From contig JAILPB010000129.1 in NCBI GenBank assembly GCA_024690485.1, forward strand, positions 4,380 through 68,379: a stretch of 64,000 nt of DNA, written 5' to 3'. Every line of letters begins with the position of its first letter. The stretch's first letter is position 1. Below, piece by piece: positions 1 through 10,314 of this stretch. Origin of the DNA: Butyrivibrio sp. GTDB taxonomy: Bacteria > Bacillota > Clostridia > Lachnospirales > Lachnospiraceae. The notes under the pieces are model-generated. The model saw only the letters and a program-made list of their open reading frames with translations, had not been told where the DNA came from and made no database searches. Position numbers and translations under genes: made by a program.

Positions 1-804
1 AAAGCCTATATCTCTCACAAGCTTGTGGGTAATCCACACTCCGTTTACAGACATAGCGTTATATGTGTTTATTCCGGACTTCTCAAGTCTCTTGATGATA
101 TCTCCTCTTACAAATGAAGCACACTCATACAGAGGAATATCAGGGATACATATGAGAACATCACTGCAACCGAGATCCTCGATGCGCTTAAAGAGGATAT
201 CTCTTTTCTCTGCCAGAGCATCTCCATCAACTCTCACAACGTCTGTAGGGTATTCATCATCTATACTTATGATATCAGCAAGTTCAAACTCATCATCAAG
301 CTTCTTCTCAAGATGGCCTTTTACTGCAGGAAGCTCCCTTTTGTAAGACAAAACAGCAATGCGTCTTCTGTGAACATCAGGATTGCCTTTCTTTTTAAGG
401 ACTGCTCGATAGAACATTCTGGCAACATAAACAACCACTATGTTTATAAAAAAGAGCATAACCATGGCAATTCTGGACATAAGCTTAGTGTTCTGCGTAA
501 ACATAAGCACTATAAGAAGAAGTGCAAACAGAATTGCCTGTCCCCTGAATGTCTGGGATAGTACCTCAAGGGGATCGCATTTTTCTATTTTCTTATAATT
601 TCTGCGCCTTGTGTTATAAACATTGATCAGGGTCAGAAGCAAAAGCTCCATGACCACAACCATACTGTAAAGGGGTATCATCCAACTCTTGTCAAAATAC
701 CACCTGAATCTCAGGGTTATCATGATGATATAGGCTAGAATAATAGCTATATCATCAACCACGATCAATATGCGCTTTCTCTTATGTGAGCGGCTGATGC
801 TCAT
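1..804 (-). CDS. Partial (3' end outside window) membrane protein with an N-terminal 4-TM plus Rossmann-like region, as in large priming sugar transferases or WecB/TagA fusions
   Basis: Not in the ORF track; translated by hand. ATG at 804 after GAGGGG RBS, frame open to position 1 (MSISRSHKRKRILIVVDDIAIILAYIIMITLRF...SRIAMVMLFFINIVVVYVARMFYR...DVLICIP). Layout parallels the N-terminus of the 38616 transferase. Confidence 0.7.
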   Translation of the reverse strand, partial: MSISRSHKRKRILIVVDDIAIILAYIIMITLRFRWYFDKSWMIPLYSMVVVMELLLLTLINVYNTRRRNYKKIEKCDPLEVLSQTFRGQAILFALLLIVLMFTQNTKLMSRIAMVMLFFINIVVVYVARMFYRAVLKKKGNPDVHRRRIAVLSYKRELPAVKGHLEKKLDDEFELADIISIDDEYPTDVVRVDGDALAEKRDILFKRIEDLGCSDVLICIPDIPLYECASFVRGDIIKRLEKSGINTYNAMSVNGVWITHKLVRDIGF

Positions 805-824
805 AAGTTAAAACCCCTCTTGTC

Positions 825-2693
825 TTACTCTACTGTAACGCTCTTTGCAAGGTTTCTTGGCTTATCCACATCAAGACCTCTAGCCACTGATACGTAGTAG
901 CCAAGAAGCTGAAGCGGAATAACTGCAAGTGATCCGATGAAGTGAGGATCCATCTTAGGAATATAAGTTACAAAATCTGCTGTATCCTCAATCTCGTAGT
1001 TACCATAAGCTGTAAGTCCCATAAGGAATGCTCCTCTGGCCTTACACTCAACCATATTTGAAACAGTCTTCTCGTAAAGTTCATTCTGTCCAAGGATACC
1101 GATAACAAGTGTACCGTCCTCAATAAGACTGATTGTTCCGTGTTTAAGCTCACCTGCAGCATATGCCTCAGAGTGGATATATGAAATCTCCTTCATCTTA
1201 AGGCTTCCCTCAAGGCTTATAGCATAATCTATGCCACGGCCGATAAAGAAGATATCCTTTGCATTAGCGATCTTTGAAGCAAACCACTGAAGTCTTTCCT
1301 TATCGTCAAGAACCTTCTGGATTCCTTCAGGAAGCTGGCATATGTCATCAATATACTTTGCGCAGTCCTTCTTGGTGATAGTTTCCTTAGCTACACCAAG
1401 TGCAAGTGCTAAGAGGTATGTAGCAACAAGCTGGCAGCTGTAAGCCTTTGTAGTTGCTACTGAAATCTCAGGTCCCGCAAGTGTATAAAGAACATGATCT
1501 GCCTCTCTTGCAATTGAAGATCCTACTACGTTAACGATAGCAAGAGTCGTGATTCCCTGCTCCTTAGCTTCTCTGAGAGCTGCAAGTGTATCAGCAGTTT
1601 CACCTGACTGAGAAATAACGATTACAAGTCCGTCCTTGTTAAGGATAGGTCTTCTGTATCTAAACTCTGAAGCAAGCTCTACTCTTACAGGAACTCTGCA
1701 GAGATCCTCTATTACATACTGAGCAGCCATTCCAACGTGCCATGCTGATCCGCAGGCAACGATAGTAACGTTAGAAATGCCCTTAAGTTCTTCATCTGTG
1801 ATACCAACTTCAGAGAAATCAACCTTACCCTTCTTAACAAGAGAATTGATTGTATCCTGGATAGCCTTGGGCTGCTCGTGGATCTCCTTCATCATGAAGT
1901 GCTCGTATCCGCCGCGCTCTGCTGCCTCGGCTGTATACTTGATCTCAACAAGCTCTTTCTCGATCTGATCGCCGTTAAGGTCATAGAACTCAGCCTTTCC
2001 GGATACCAGTCTTGCCATCTCATTGTTGCCAATGTAGTAAACGTTCTTAGTATGATTAAGAATAGCCGGAACATCTGATGCCACAAATGTTTCGCCATCA
2101 GCAATACCGATGATCATAGGGCTATCTTTTCTTGCAACATAGATCTCATCAGGATAATCAAGGAACATTACTTCAAGAGCATATGAACCTCTTACTCTGA
2201 CCATGGTCTTTGCAAGGGCATCGATAGGTCCCATGTTGTACTTCTTGTAGTAGTAATCTACAAGCTTAATAGCAACCTCTGTATCTGTATCTGAATAGAA
2301 CTCATAACCGTTCTTTACAAGCTTTTCCTTAAGCTCCTGATAGTTCTCGATGATTCCGTTGTGAACACCAACTACCTCAGACTCTACAGTACCTGAAGCA
2401 GAACCTGAACAGTTACCTGAAACATGAGGGTGAGCATTGGTCTGTGAAGGACCACCATGTGTTGCCCATCTTGTATGACCGATACCACAGCATCCTGAAA
2501 CTGACATACCGTTATCTGTCTTCTCTTCAAGATTCTTAAGTCTGCCTACAGCCTTAACAACTTCAGCCTGCTCCTTGCCGTTTCTTACAGCAATACCTGC
2601 TGAGTCATATCCTCTATACTCAAGCTTTGATAAGCCCTCAAGCAATATAGGCGCTGCCTGGTGTTTACCTACAAATCCTACTATTCCGCACAT
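825..2693 (-). CDS. glmS: Glutamine--fructose-6-phosphate transaminase (isomerizing)
   Basis: N-terminal MCGIVG, LEYRGYDSAG, GHTRWATHG, SQSGETADT and C-terminal PRNLAKSVTVE. Confidence 0.98.
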   Translation of the reverse strand: MCGIVGFVGKHQAAPILLEGLSKLEYRGYDSAGIAVRNGKEQAEVVKAVGRLKNLEEKTDNGMSVSGCCGIGHTRWATHGGPSQTNAHPHVSGNCSGSASGTVESEVVGVHNGIIENYQELKEKLVKNGYEFYSDTDTEVAIKLVDYYYKKYNMGPIDALAKTMVRVRGSYALEVMFLDYPDEIYVARKDSPMIIGIADGETFVASDVPAILNHTKNVYYIGNNEMARLVSGKAEFYDLNGDQIEKELVEIKYTAEAAERGGYEHFMMKEIHEQPKAIQDTINSLVKKGKVDFSEVGITDEELKGISNVTIVACGSAWHVGMAAQYVIEDLCRVPVRVELASEFRYRRPILNKDGLVIVISQSGETADTLAALREAKEQGITTLAIVNVVGSSIAREADHVLYTLAGPEISVATTKAYSCQLVATYLLALALGVAKETITKKDCAKYIDDICQLPEGIQKVLDDKERLQWFASKIANAKDIFFIGRGIDYAISLEGSLKMKEISYIHSEAYAAGELKHGTISLIEDGTLVIGILGQNELYEKTVSNMVECKARGAFLMGLTAYGNYEIEDTADFVTYIPKMDPHFIGSLAVIPLQLLGYYVSVARGLDVDKPRNLAKSVTVE

Positions 2694-2708
2694 AAAATAA
2701 ATCCTTTC

Positions 2709-4028
2709 TTATTCAAAACATCTGTGAATGATATCTATTACGATATCCTGATCTTCGTTTGTCATCTTTACATCTGATGGCAGGCACAGACCTCTCTCAA
2801 AGATGTCCATACTAACATCCTCAGCTCCATGCTGATCAATATAAGCATTACTGCTTCCTCTGTAAATTCCCTTCTCTGTTATGAAAAGGTTGTTTCTGTA
2901 AACCGGCTGCATATGCATAGGCTTCCATATAGGTCTGCCCTCAGCATTAAAAGCGCTCATGGCTTCCAGTATCTCTGTGGGACATGACTTTCCTTTTTCA
3001 GTGATAAAAAGCGCTTCCCTCTCAGATCTGACCTGTCTGCACATTGCATCCTTGTCAATTATTATACAGCTAAGCCAGAAATTAGGCTCAGCAACATCCT
3101 CATAAGGATTCATGCTAACCGGAAGATCCTTAAAACCTTCTTTGTATCTGTCATAGATTCTCTTCTTTTCTCTGATGTGCTCATCAAGATAAGGAATCTG
3201 ACCTCTGACTATACCTGCAACGATGTTGGACATACGATAGTTATATCCAAGCTCCTCGTGCTGGTACCAGGGAGCATCTTCTCTGGCCTGTGTGCTCCAC
3301 TTTCTGATCTTATTAGCATCTTCTTCAGAATCTGTAACGATCATTCCGCCGGCACTTCCGGTGATGATCTTGTTACCATTAAATGAAACTATACTATAAT
3401 CACCAAACATTCCTGTCTGGACTCCCTTATAGATTGCTCCAAGGGACTCAGCAGCATCCTCAACAATAAGTGCTCCGTGAGCATCTGCTATTTTTCTTAT
3501 CTCATCTATCTTACCGGGAGTACCATATAAATGAGCTACTACAATGAGCTTTACTTCCGGATATAATTCAAAAGCTTTTTCAAGAGCCTTGGGACTCATG
3601 TTCCAGGTGTCAGGCTCGGTATCAATATAAATTGCTTCTCCGCCTTCGTAGGCAACAGGGTTAACCGTGGCATCAAAAGTCATGTCTGAACAAAATACTT
3701 TTTTTCCTGTAAGAACTCCCACGTTAGGAGCCTTAGGTCCGTAGAGTCTCTCACCTGCAAGTCTGATTGCAAGATGAAGAGCTGCTGTTCCTGCGCTAAG
3801 TCCGATTGCATACTTTCTGCCAATCTTCTCAGCGATAAGCTTCTCTACTTCATTTATGTTTTCACCAAGAGTTGTAACCCAGTTGGTCTCAATGGCTTCA
3901 TTGACCCACTTCTGCTCATCGCCGTGCATAGTAGGTGTTGCAAGCCATACTTTACCGGCGAAGGGGTTAATGCCGGAAAATCTCTCGTCATTAGAATACT
4001 TTTCTTTAATCTTATTAATATCAACCAT
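2709..4028 (-). CDS. DegT/DnrJ/EryC1/StrS sugar aminotransferase, PglE/EpsN-like
   Basis: GTAALHLA, EDAAESLG, SFNGNKIIT (PglE/EpsN-type PLP lysine motif), GYNYRMSN, RPIWKPMH, RGLCLPS; adjacent to the PglF-like dehydratase. Confidence 0.9.
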   Translation of the reverse strand: MVDINKIKEKYSNDERFSGINPFAGKVWLATPTMHGDEQKWVNEAIETNWVTTLGENINEVEKLIAEKIGRKYAIGLSAGTAALHLAIRLAGERLYGPKAPNVGVLTGKKVFCSDMTFDATVNPVAYEGGEAIYIDTEPDTWNMSPKALEKAFELYPEVKLIVVAHLYGTPGKIDEIRKIADAHGALIVEDAAESLGAIYKGVQTGMFGDYSIVSFNGNKIITGSAGGMIVTDSEEDANKIRKWSTQAREDAPWYQHEELGYNYRMSNIVAGIVRGQIPYLDEHIREKKRIYDRYKEGFKDLPVSMNPYEDVAEPNFWLSCIIIDKDAMCRQVRSEREALFITEKGKSCPTEILEAMSAFNAEGRPIWKPMHMQPVYRNNLFITEKGIYRGSSNAYIDQHGAEDVSMDIFERGLCLPSDVKMTNEDQDIVIDIIHRCFE

Positions 4029-4030
4029 GA

Positions 4031-5974
4031 TTATTCTGCCTCGTTTATAAGCTGTGCTGCTCTCTCAAGGGCTATCTGATGCTCTCTTGTATGATCATCA
4101 GCGTTGTCCTCAGGATGATAAGTTGTAACTATCTTCTGTACTATCTCTCTGATCTCATCTGCATGCTCTGCCTTGGATGCCCCGTTAAGCTCCTCAAGCT
4201 GAGAGAAGAACTTCATGTCATCCATGTTTATGGGCTTACCGATGTGAATCATTCTGTTAGCTGTATCCTGCAGTCCCTCTTCGTCCATAAGCATCTCTTC
4301 ATAGAGCTTCTCTCCGGGACGAAGTCCTGTGAACTCGATCTTGATATCCTCGCCTACTTTATAGCCTGAAAGCTTGATAAGGTTCTCTGCAAGATCAAGG
4401 ATCCTGACCGGCTCACCCATATCAAGAACGAAGATCTCTCCGCCATTGGCATAGGCTCCTGCCTGCATAACAAGACTGACTGCCTCAGGTATTGTCATGA
4501 AATATCTGATAATGTTAGGGTCTGTAACAGTCACAGGTCCGCCTGCTGCTATCTGCTTTCTGAAAAGCGGAATAACAGAACCGTTAGAACCAAGTACATT
4601 ACCAAATCTTACTGCAACAAACTCTGTATCATAGTGCTTGTTAAAGGTCTGGATTATCATCTCACAGATACGCTTGCTGGCACCCATAATATTTGTCGGG
4701 TTAACAGCTTTATCTGTTGATATCATAACAAATTTCTCACAGCCATTCATGGCCGCTGCCATAGCAGTCTTAAAGGTACCAAAAACATTGTTCTTGATAG
4801 CCTCGTTAGGGCTGTCCTCCATAAGTGGAACATGCTTGTGAGCCGCTGCATGGTAAACAATGTTTGGTCTGTATGTCTCAAATATACGATTTATTCTGTT
4901 AGTGTTTCTGACTGATGCAATCAGAACTTCAAGGTTTAATTCAGGATGTGTCTTCTTAAGCTCCTGCTGGATGTCGTATGCATTGTTCTCATAAATATCC
5001 ACAATAATCAGCTGCTTTGGCTTATGATTTGCGATCTGTCTGCATAGCTCGGAACCAATTGATCCGCCTCCGCCTGTAACAAGAATGGTCTTACCGCTTA
5101 CATAGCCGGCGATCTGGTTTAAGTCGACCGCAATTGGATCTCTTCCAAGAAGGTCCTCTACTTCTACGTCACGAAGCTTACTTACGTTAACTTCGCCATT
5201 TACAAGCTGATATACACCGGGAAGTGAACGGAGCTTACAGTTGGTCTCTTTACACAGATCAAGGAGCTTTCTCATCTCACTTCTGGAAAGAGACGGGATT
5301 GCTACAATAATCTCTTCTATATCATATAGGTCTGCGCACTCGATAATCTTATCTCTGCCGCCGACTACTCTGATACCCTGAATGTAATGTCCCCATTTAC
5401 TGCGGTCATCGTCGATGATACATCTGATTACCATGGTGGAGAAGTTACTGTTAACAATCTCCTTGATGATGACATTACCGGCTTCACCTGCACCGATCAC
5501 CATTACAGATGTTGAATTTTTCTTATTTTCAGACTTATGCTTTATGCTTCTAAAGAACCTGTAGCTGAATCTGCTGACAAAGATAAGGCTTATCAGCAAG
5601 AATGTGTACAGGAAATAATAGCTCTGAGGAACGGGCTGTCTGCCTACCTTAAAAAACTGCAGGCCTATTGCATTAACCACACCTGAAAGGGTGCAGGCAA
5701 TAACAAGGTTCTGAAGTTCGTTCTCACCGGCATAAGCCCAAAGGCTGTGATAAAGCCTAAGGACATAGAAAATAATTATAGTGATTACAATATTTATTCC
5801 TAAAAATCCGGTTACAGGAGCCATGAATTCATAAGGTATAAGGTCAATATTAAACTCGTACCTCATAAGAAGTCCCAAGTAACTGGAAATAATGATACTC
5901 AGAACATCGTAGAATATAAGTCCTGTTCTTCTATAAAATTTTGCAAAGTTAAAAGGTTTCTTTTCTGATTTCAT
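4031..5974 (-). CDS. Membrane-bound UDP-GlcNAc 4,6-dehydratase, PglF/CapD/EpsC family
   Basis: Four N-terminal TMs, IGAGEAG, VEDLLGRDP, TGGGGSIGSEL, HAAAHKHVP, STDKAVNPTNIMGASKR, VRFGNVLGS, GLRPGEKLYEE. Confidence 0.95.
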   Translation of the reverse strand: MKSEKKPFNFAKFYRRTGLIFYDVLSIIISSYLGLLMRYEFNIDLIPYEFMAPVTGFLGINIVITIIIFYVLRLYHSLWAYAGENELQNLVIACTLSGVVNAIGLQFFKVGRQPVPQSYYFLYTFLLISLIFVSRFSYRFFRSIKHKSENKKNSTSVMVIGAGEAGNVIIKEIVNSNFSTMVIRCIIDDDRSKWGHYIQGIRVVGGRDKIIECADLYDIEEIIVAIPSLSRSEMRKLLDLCKETNCKLRSLPGVYQLVNGEVNVSKLRDVEVEDLLGRDPIAVDLNQIAGYVSGKTILVTGGGGSIGSELCRQIANHKPKQLIIVDIYENNAYDIQQELKKTHPELNLEVLIASVRNTNRINRIFETYRPNIVYHAAAHKHVPLMEDSPNEAIKNNVFGTFKTAMAAAMNGCEKFVMISTDKAVNPTNIMGASKRICEMIIQTFNKHYDTEFVAVRFGNVLGSNGSVIPLFRKQIAAGGPVTVTDPNIIRYFMTIPEAVSLVMQAGAYANGGEIFVLDMGEPVRILDLAENLIKLSGYKVGEDIKIEFTGLRPGEKLYEEMLMDEEGLQDTANRMIHIGKPINMDDMKFFSQLEELNGASKAEHADEIREIVQKIVTTYHPEDNADDHTREHQIALERAAQLINEAE

Positions 5975-5994
5975 ATCACTCTATAATAACACAA

Positions 5995-8652
5995 TTATGA
6001 TTTTTTTCTATCCGCAAAACAAATTGGCATCAAAGACAGTACAAATGCTATGGTCATGGGGTTACTAAACTGAAAAACCCACTCTGAAAGAGCCGCTATT
6101 CCAAATCCCACAGTCATCGCATAGGGAAGAAGGGCACAGTGCTCTTCATCCTTGTTTTTCTTATAATAAACCGCTCCGCTTATGAAGGAGGTCAGCATAA
6201 GAATGAGATAAAGTGCTCCGGACAAGATACCGTTATCATACATAACCTGAATGTAGGTATTATGAGCATGAACTGCGATCTCACCCCAGGGAAGCTCCGC
6301 TCCCATTTCATCATGGCCAAAAAGGTTCATCTGCTGAAGGTATGACTTGAAAATAGTAATTCTTCCGTTTGAAAAGCTCTCAATTCCATCTTCTGCGGAT
6401 TCCTCTTCGGGCTCCTCATATACTTCTTCGGCCGCTTCTGTGGCAACCTCTGCGGGTGCTTCAGATGCCGTTTCCGGTTCTATGCCAAGGAGGGTATTTA
6501 TATCAGTGATTCTGTTCTCTGACTGCTCCTTAGTAAGCTCTATTCCTGTTTCTCCGTATATAGGATTACCATCGCTGTCATAATTATATCTGTCCTCAGG
6601 ATAGTTGTAATCCATAAGGTCGGTATCCAGAATCTTTTCAGCGAAAAGATCAGCGAATCTCTCTATTCCCATATAGAGTCGGTTGTCAGGATCTGCTGCG
6701 CCATAAAGGCTATAGTTTCCGCTCTCCACAAGATATTTCCTGGGGTGCTTTACAACTGCCGGAATAACCCTCTGTAAAGTAAAGGCTGCAGGGAATGCTA
6801 TAACAACTGCAAGCGCCAAAGTCACAAACTGTCTAAGGAAATATCCGAGCTTATGTTTCTTCACATCCCCAATTGTCAGAACTACCACGCATATGAACAT
6901 AACCACACATGCAAGGTAAGCTGTTCTTGACATTGTAAATATCATATATGCGGATACAAAACCAAATATGATGAATTCCTTCCACATATATCTGAATCTA
7001 TCCTTAAACCCAGATATATCTCTCGTATCATATATTTTATATAGAAGAAGGACAATCGCCGCACACTCCATAACTGTCATATACTCTGCAGTAACGGTAA
7101 CTGTATGGAATACAAACGGATATCTTCCTGTATTAAAAGCTGTAAATGGTCTGTAAAGCCAGGAATAAACCATTGATATTACAAAGTTAAGTAAAAGTCC
7201 TCCGATAACAAGTTCGGAATATCCGTTGGCTGATCTTGCTCCGTTAAACTCCGGATCTTTTGTGGTATTCTCTTTCCTTACAAAGCCGAAGTTTGCAAAG
7301 CAGAGCATAAGTCCAAAGGTAAATGCCGCAAGAACGACTCCCCACCATCTGGTGTTTCTGAAAATAATGATAACAGCCATAAATACTGCCACAAGAACTC
7401 CCATAAAGCTAAGTGCCTTAAGAGCTACAAAGGGATTCTTGCGCTTTTTAGTGTAGGCAATTATTTCTGCAATTAAGTTGATGATCAAAAATCCTGCAAG
7501 GAGAACGATTATCACCCCATAGGTTGTTGCTGCATTATGGAGGTCGTACTCCTTCTCAGTCTCCGGAAGAAGATGCGAATTCCTATAATAAACTCCGGCT
7601 ATTACACCAATAACTCCATATATGAAATTATAGAGTTTAAATAATCTCTCCTTAGTTATAGAAAAACACAGGAAAAGAAGCAGGAATATCAGCTCTTTTC
7701 TCTCGGCAAGTGTCTGGTAAATTGTGAAAAGTGCATTCATGTATTCACAGCAAAACCACAGCGCACCTGCTATCATACACATCTGTATAAAGTTAGTTAC
7801 TTTGTGCCAAAGCTTAGTATCAAGAGTTGCATCGCTCTCATGGTTGATTCCATAGAGCATGAAAAGTCCGGTGATAACAGCTCCAATCTCATAGAAAACT
7901 ATATCAGCAAGTCTGTCATCAAAAACCTGCAAAGGATAAATTGAAATCATGAGCACCAGTGTGAGTACGACTGCTATGGGATTTCCAACAAATCTGATCA
8001 CTCTCTGGACAGTTATGAGCTTATCCTTCTTATTTCTGTAAAAAAGCCATACGATCAGGCAAAGAAGAGCTGCTACAAGAGCTATCACTCCAATTATTCC
8101 AAGAGAGGTCTCTTTTGATAAGGGCTGCTCGTAATGGTATATAGCAGTAAGGTGCTGCCCCTGAACTCCGGTATCATGATACGCAAAATCCAAAATATAG
8201 GGTGATGTCTCTTCGCTATTTTCCTCAAATCCCAGGTTAAATGTGCTATAGCACCCTCTTATAAGAAAGGTGTAGGTTTTTCCAACCTCCAGATCAAGAC
8301 CAACAGGAATCTTAACAAAGCCTGCTTCTGCCACATCACCAAGGTAGTAATATCTCTCGTACATCTCTGTCATGTTCTCATCATAGAAAACAAATGACAT
8401 ATACTTACCCTGTTTTACTTCATCCACAAAAACCTCGATAGCTGAAAGTCTGTCGTACTGAGCCATGAATTTCTGAACGACGTCATGATGATCATCGATA
8501 TTTTCTGAGATGATATCAGGCTCAGCCTCTCCCACAAACTTAATATCCCTCTGCCAGATCCTAAAAGGGAAAACAGATAATGCCAAAAGAACTGCAAAAA
8601 ATACGATCACCATTCTTATGGCAAAACTTTTATTTATAACTTTTCTTCTCAT
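5995..8652 (-). CDS. Large polytopic membrane protein with C-terminal O-antigen ligase/Wzy_C (WaaL, O-OTase, TacL-like) domain
   Basis: TMSRTAY, SNGRITIF and HAHNTYIQVMYDNGILSG match the Arg/Arg/His-Asn pattern of WaaL-type ligases; many TMs, an N-terminal extracytoplasmic domain and an acidic linker. Confidence 0.7.
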   Translation of the reverse strand: MRRKVINKSFAIRMVIVFFAVLLALSVFPFRIWQRDIKFVGEAEPDIISENIDDHHDVVQKFMAQYDRLSAIEVFVDEVKQGKYMSFVFYDENMTEMYERYYYLGDVAEAGFVKIPVGLDLEVGKTYTFLIRGCYSTFNLGFEENSEETSPYILDFAYHDTGVQGQHLTAIYHYEQPLSKETSLGIIGVIALVAALLCLIVWLFYRNKKDKLITVQRVIRFVGNPIAVVLTLVLMISIYPLQVFDDRLADIVFYEIGAVITGLFMLYGINHESDATLDTKLWHKVTNFIQMCMIAGALWFCCEYMNALFTIYQTLAERKELIFLLLFLCFSITKERLFKLYNFIYGVIGVIAGVYYRNSHLLPETEKEYDLHNAATTYGVIIVLLAGFLIINLIAEIIAYTKKRKNPFVALKALSFMGVLVAVFMAVIIIFRNTRWWGVVLAAFTFGLMLCFANFGFVRKENTTKDPEFNGARSANGYSELVIGGLLLNFVISMVYSWLYRPFTAFNTGRYPFVFHTVTVTAEYMTVMECAAIVLLLYKIYDTRDISGFKDRFRYMWKEFIIFGFVSAYMIFTMSRTAYLACVVMFICVVVLTIGDVKKHKLGYFLRQFVTLALAVVIAFPAAFTLQRVIPAVVKHPRKYLVESGNYSLYGAADPDNRLYMGIERFADLFAEKILDTDLMDYNYPEDRYNYDSDGNPIYGETGIELTKEQSENRITDINTLLGIEPETASEAPAEVATEAAEEVYEEPEEESAEDGIESFSNGRITIFKSYLQQMNLFGHDEMGAELPWGEIAVHAHNTYIQVMYDNGILSGALYLILMLTSFISGAVYYKKNKDEEHCALLPYAMTVGFGIAALSEWVFQFSNPMTIAFVLSLMPICFADRKKS

Positions 8653-8670
8653 GTCTCCTCCCGGGGTGCT

Positions 8671-10314
8671 TTAATCCTTACAAAAGGTAATGCAAAAAAG
8701 CACCGGAACAATATACCATAAATAAATTACATATCTTACTAGATATGTTGGCCCAAGAAGGACCGTAAGCCATACCATCAAAATAAGCATAAAGGGCATG
8801 AGCTTTTCCTTATCTCTTCCAAGAACAATTGCCGTTAGGAAGAGATAAATGCAGATCCAGAAATAGGCTGCAGGGGCAAACAGCAGAGATATAACCGGTA
8901 TATTCTGCTGGAATTTTTCAATTGAAAGCTTTCTGTAAAAGCTGTCTATAAAAGGAATGAGGCTCTGTCTGTAGCCCGGCTCTTCAACCTCATAACCAAA
9001 GTAAGAGCTGTCTGTATAAGTAAATGTAAAAACAGTATTACCCTGATATACATTTATTACAGAGAAGGGATACCAGTATCCGTAGCTTGTCAAAAACCAT
9101 GAATTCAAGTAGCTCATGGGATGTGACAGTCCGGTTTTTACCCATAATCTAAGGAAAGATGCCTTATCAGCCTCATATTCCGCATTATCAAAATACATCT
9201 TAAGGATATCCGAGCACCTGGGGGTGTAGTGGGAAAGTCCCTCAGGGCTTAAATATCTCTCAAGTGTCTCGATATCCTCGGGTGCCATGGAGCTCTTGTC
9301 ATAGGCATATACCCTGCCAAGCTGCTGGATAGGTACTGTGAGCATCTCCTGATGTTCCTTTGTACCCTTATCTGTAACAAAAACAGCTGTCAAAACCATG
9401 TTCATGCACAAATATGCTACAACCGGAATCACAAGAGCAAATGCCTTAAGCTTTCTCTTTGATGCATATTTATCATCCGCTTTTTTCTTACTAAGAGCCA
9501 TGATGATAAGCATCAAAACCGCAAATACAGTCCATGCATAGAATCCGTTGTGTCTAAAGAGCATCATCAAGGTGCCTGATACGACAATTTCCCAGAATAT
9601 CCCCTTGGCTTTTCTCTCATCCTTTTCTTCTAAGAGGCGTACAAATAGTAAAACCGCCAAAACCAAGAGGGATGAAAAAAAGCCATCCTTACAGGAGCAG
9701 AGCGTGTACATGACAATTGTAGGGAACACCGCAAAAAATACCGCAACTATCTTTCTTATACGCTTCCCTGCTCCATGGATTTTCATAAAACTAAGGTAAT
9801 AGGTAAATATCCCTGTCATAATAAGCATCTGGGAAAATATGTAGGCAAATATTCCCGCATTTACGTTTCCAAAGAACTTATTAAAAAAGGCCACGCTTCC
9901 TCCAAGCATAAGCACGTGAAGGAGGGGATGATGTGTCGTAAACTGCCTGCTAAGCACCTCGATAACCTCAGTCTGGGCATCGTAGACGAAAAATCCGGGA
10001 TATACACCCAAAAGGACGATCAAATTACATGCTGCAATAAATGCCCACACAAAAGCAAAAGTCTTCTTGTCATAGCCCGGCTGCAATTCCTTATCTTCGT
10101 AAACACCTTCTTTTTTAGCCAAAAAAACCCAGCTGGTTTTTACCAAAAAAGAAATGATAGCTGATAAAACAAGGAATAATGCCGAATATACGAGGTTTAA
10201 GGGCTCAATATGGTCAAATTTTTCAAGCTGATACCCCCATACAACAGACAAGGATACCAATACGCCAAATAAGACCGGCAAAAGCCAGGTCTTATTTCTC
10301 CTCATTTGCGTCAT
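8671..10314 (-). CDS. DUF6020-like polytopic membrane protein, candidate GT-C glycosyltransferase
   Basis: YPGFFVYDAQ, THHPLLH, KDGFFS, FRHNG, PIQQLGR, LGPTYLVRY; many TMs with one large external loop. Confidence 0.6.
   Translation of the reverse strand: MTQMRRNKTWLLPVLFGVLVSLSVVWGYQLEKFDHIEPLNLVYSALFLVLSAIISFLVKTSWVFLAKKEGVYEDKELQPGYDKKTFAFVWAFIAACNLIVLLGVYPGFFVYDAQTEVIEVLSRQFTTHHPLLHVLMLGGSVAFFNKFFGNVNAGIFAYIFSQMLIMTGIFTYYLSFMKIHGAGKRIRKIVAVFFAVFPTIVMYTLCSCKDGFFSSLLVLAVLLFVRLLEEKDERKAKGIFWEIVVSGTLMMLFRHNGFYAWTVFAVLMLIIMALSKKKADDKYASKRKLKAFALVIPVVAYLCMNMVLTAVFVTDKGTKEHQEMLTVPIQQLGRVYAYDKSSMAPEDIETLERYLSPEGLSHYTPRCSDILKMYFDNAEYEADKASFLRLWVKTGLSHPMSYLNSWFLTSYGYWYPFSVINVYQGNTVFTFTYTDSSYFGYEVEEPGYRQSLIPFIDSFYRKLSIEKFQQNIPVISLLFAPAAYFWICIYLFLTAIVLGRDKEKLMPFMLILMVWLTVLLGPTYLVRYVIYLWYIVPVLFCITFCKD

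Noticed and set aside
2709-4028. WcfR/AatB (AATGal) assignment for this aminotransferase
   Set aside because: Its lysine motif is FNGNKIIT (PglE/EpsN type) rather than the FHAVKN type recalled for WcfR/AatB; a tree is needed to settle the stereochemistry.
7340-7360. RWWG in the 885-aa protein as a possible STT3/PglB WWDxG motif
   Set aside because: It lacks the Asp and sits at the start of a TM helix; the protein carries WaaL-type motifs instead.
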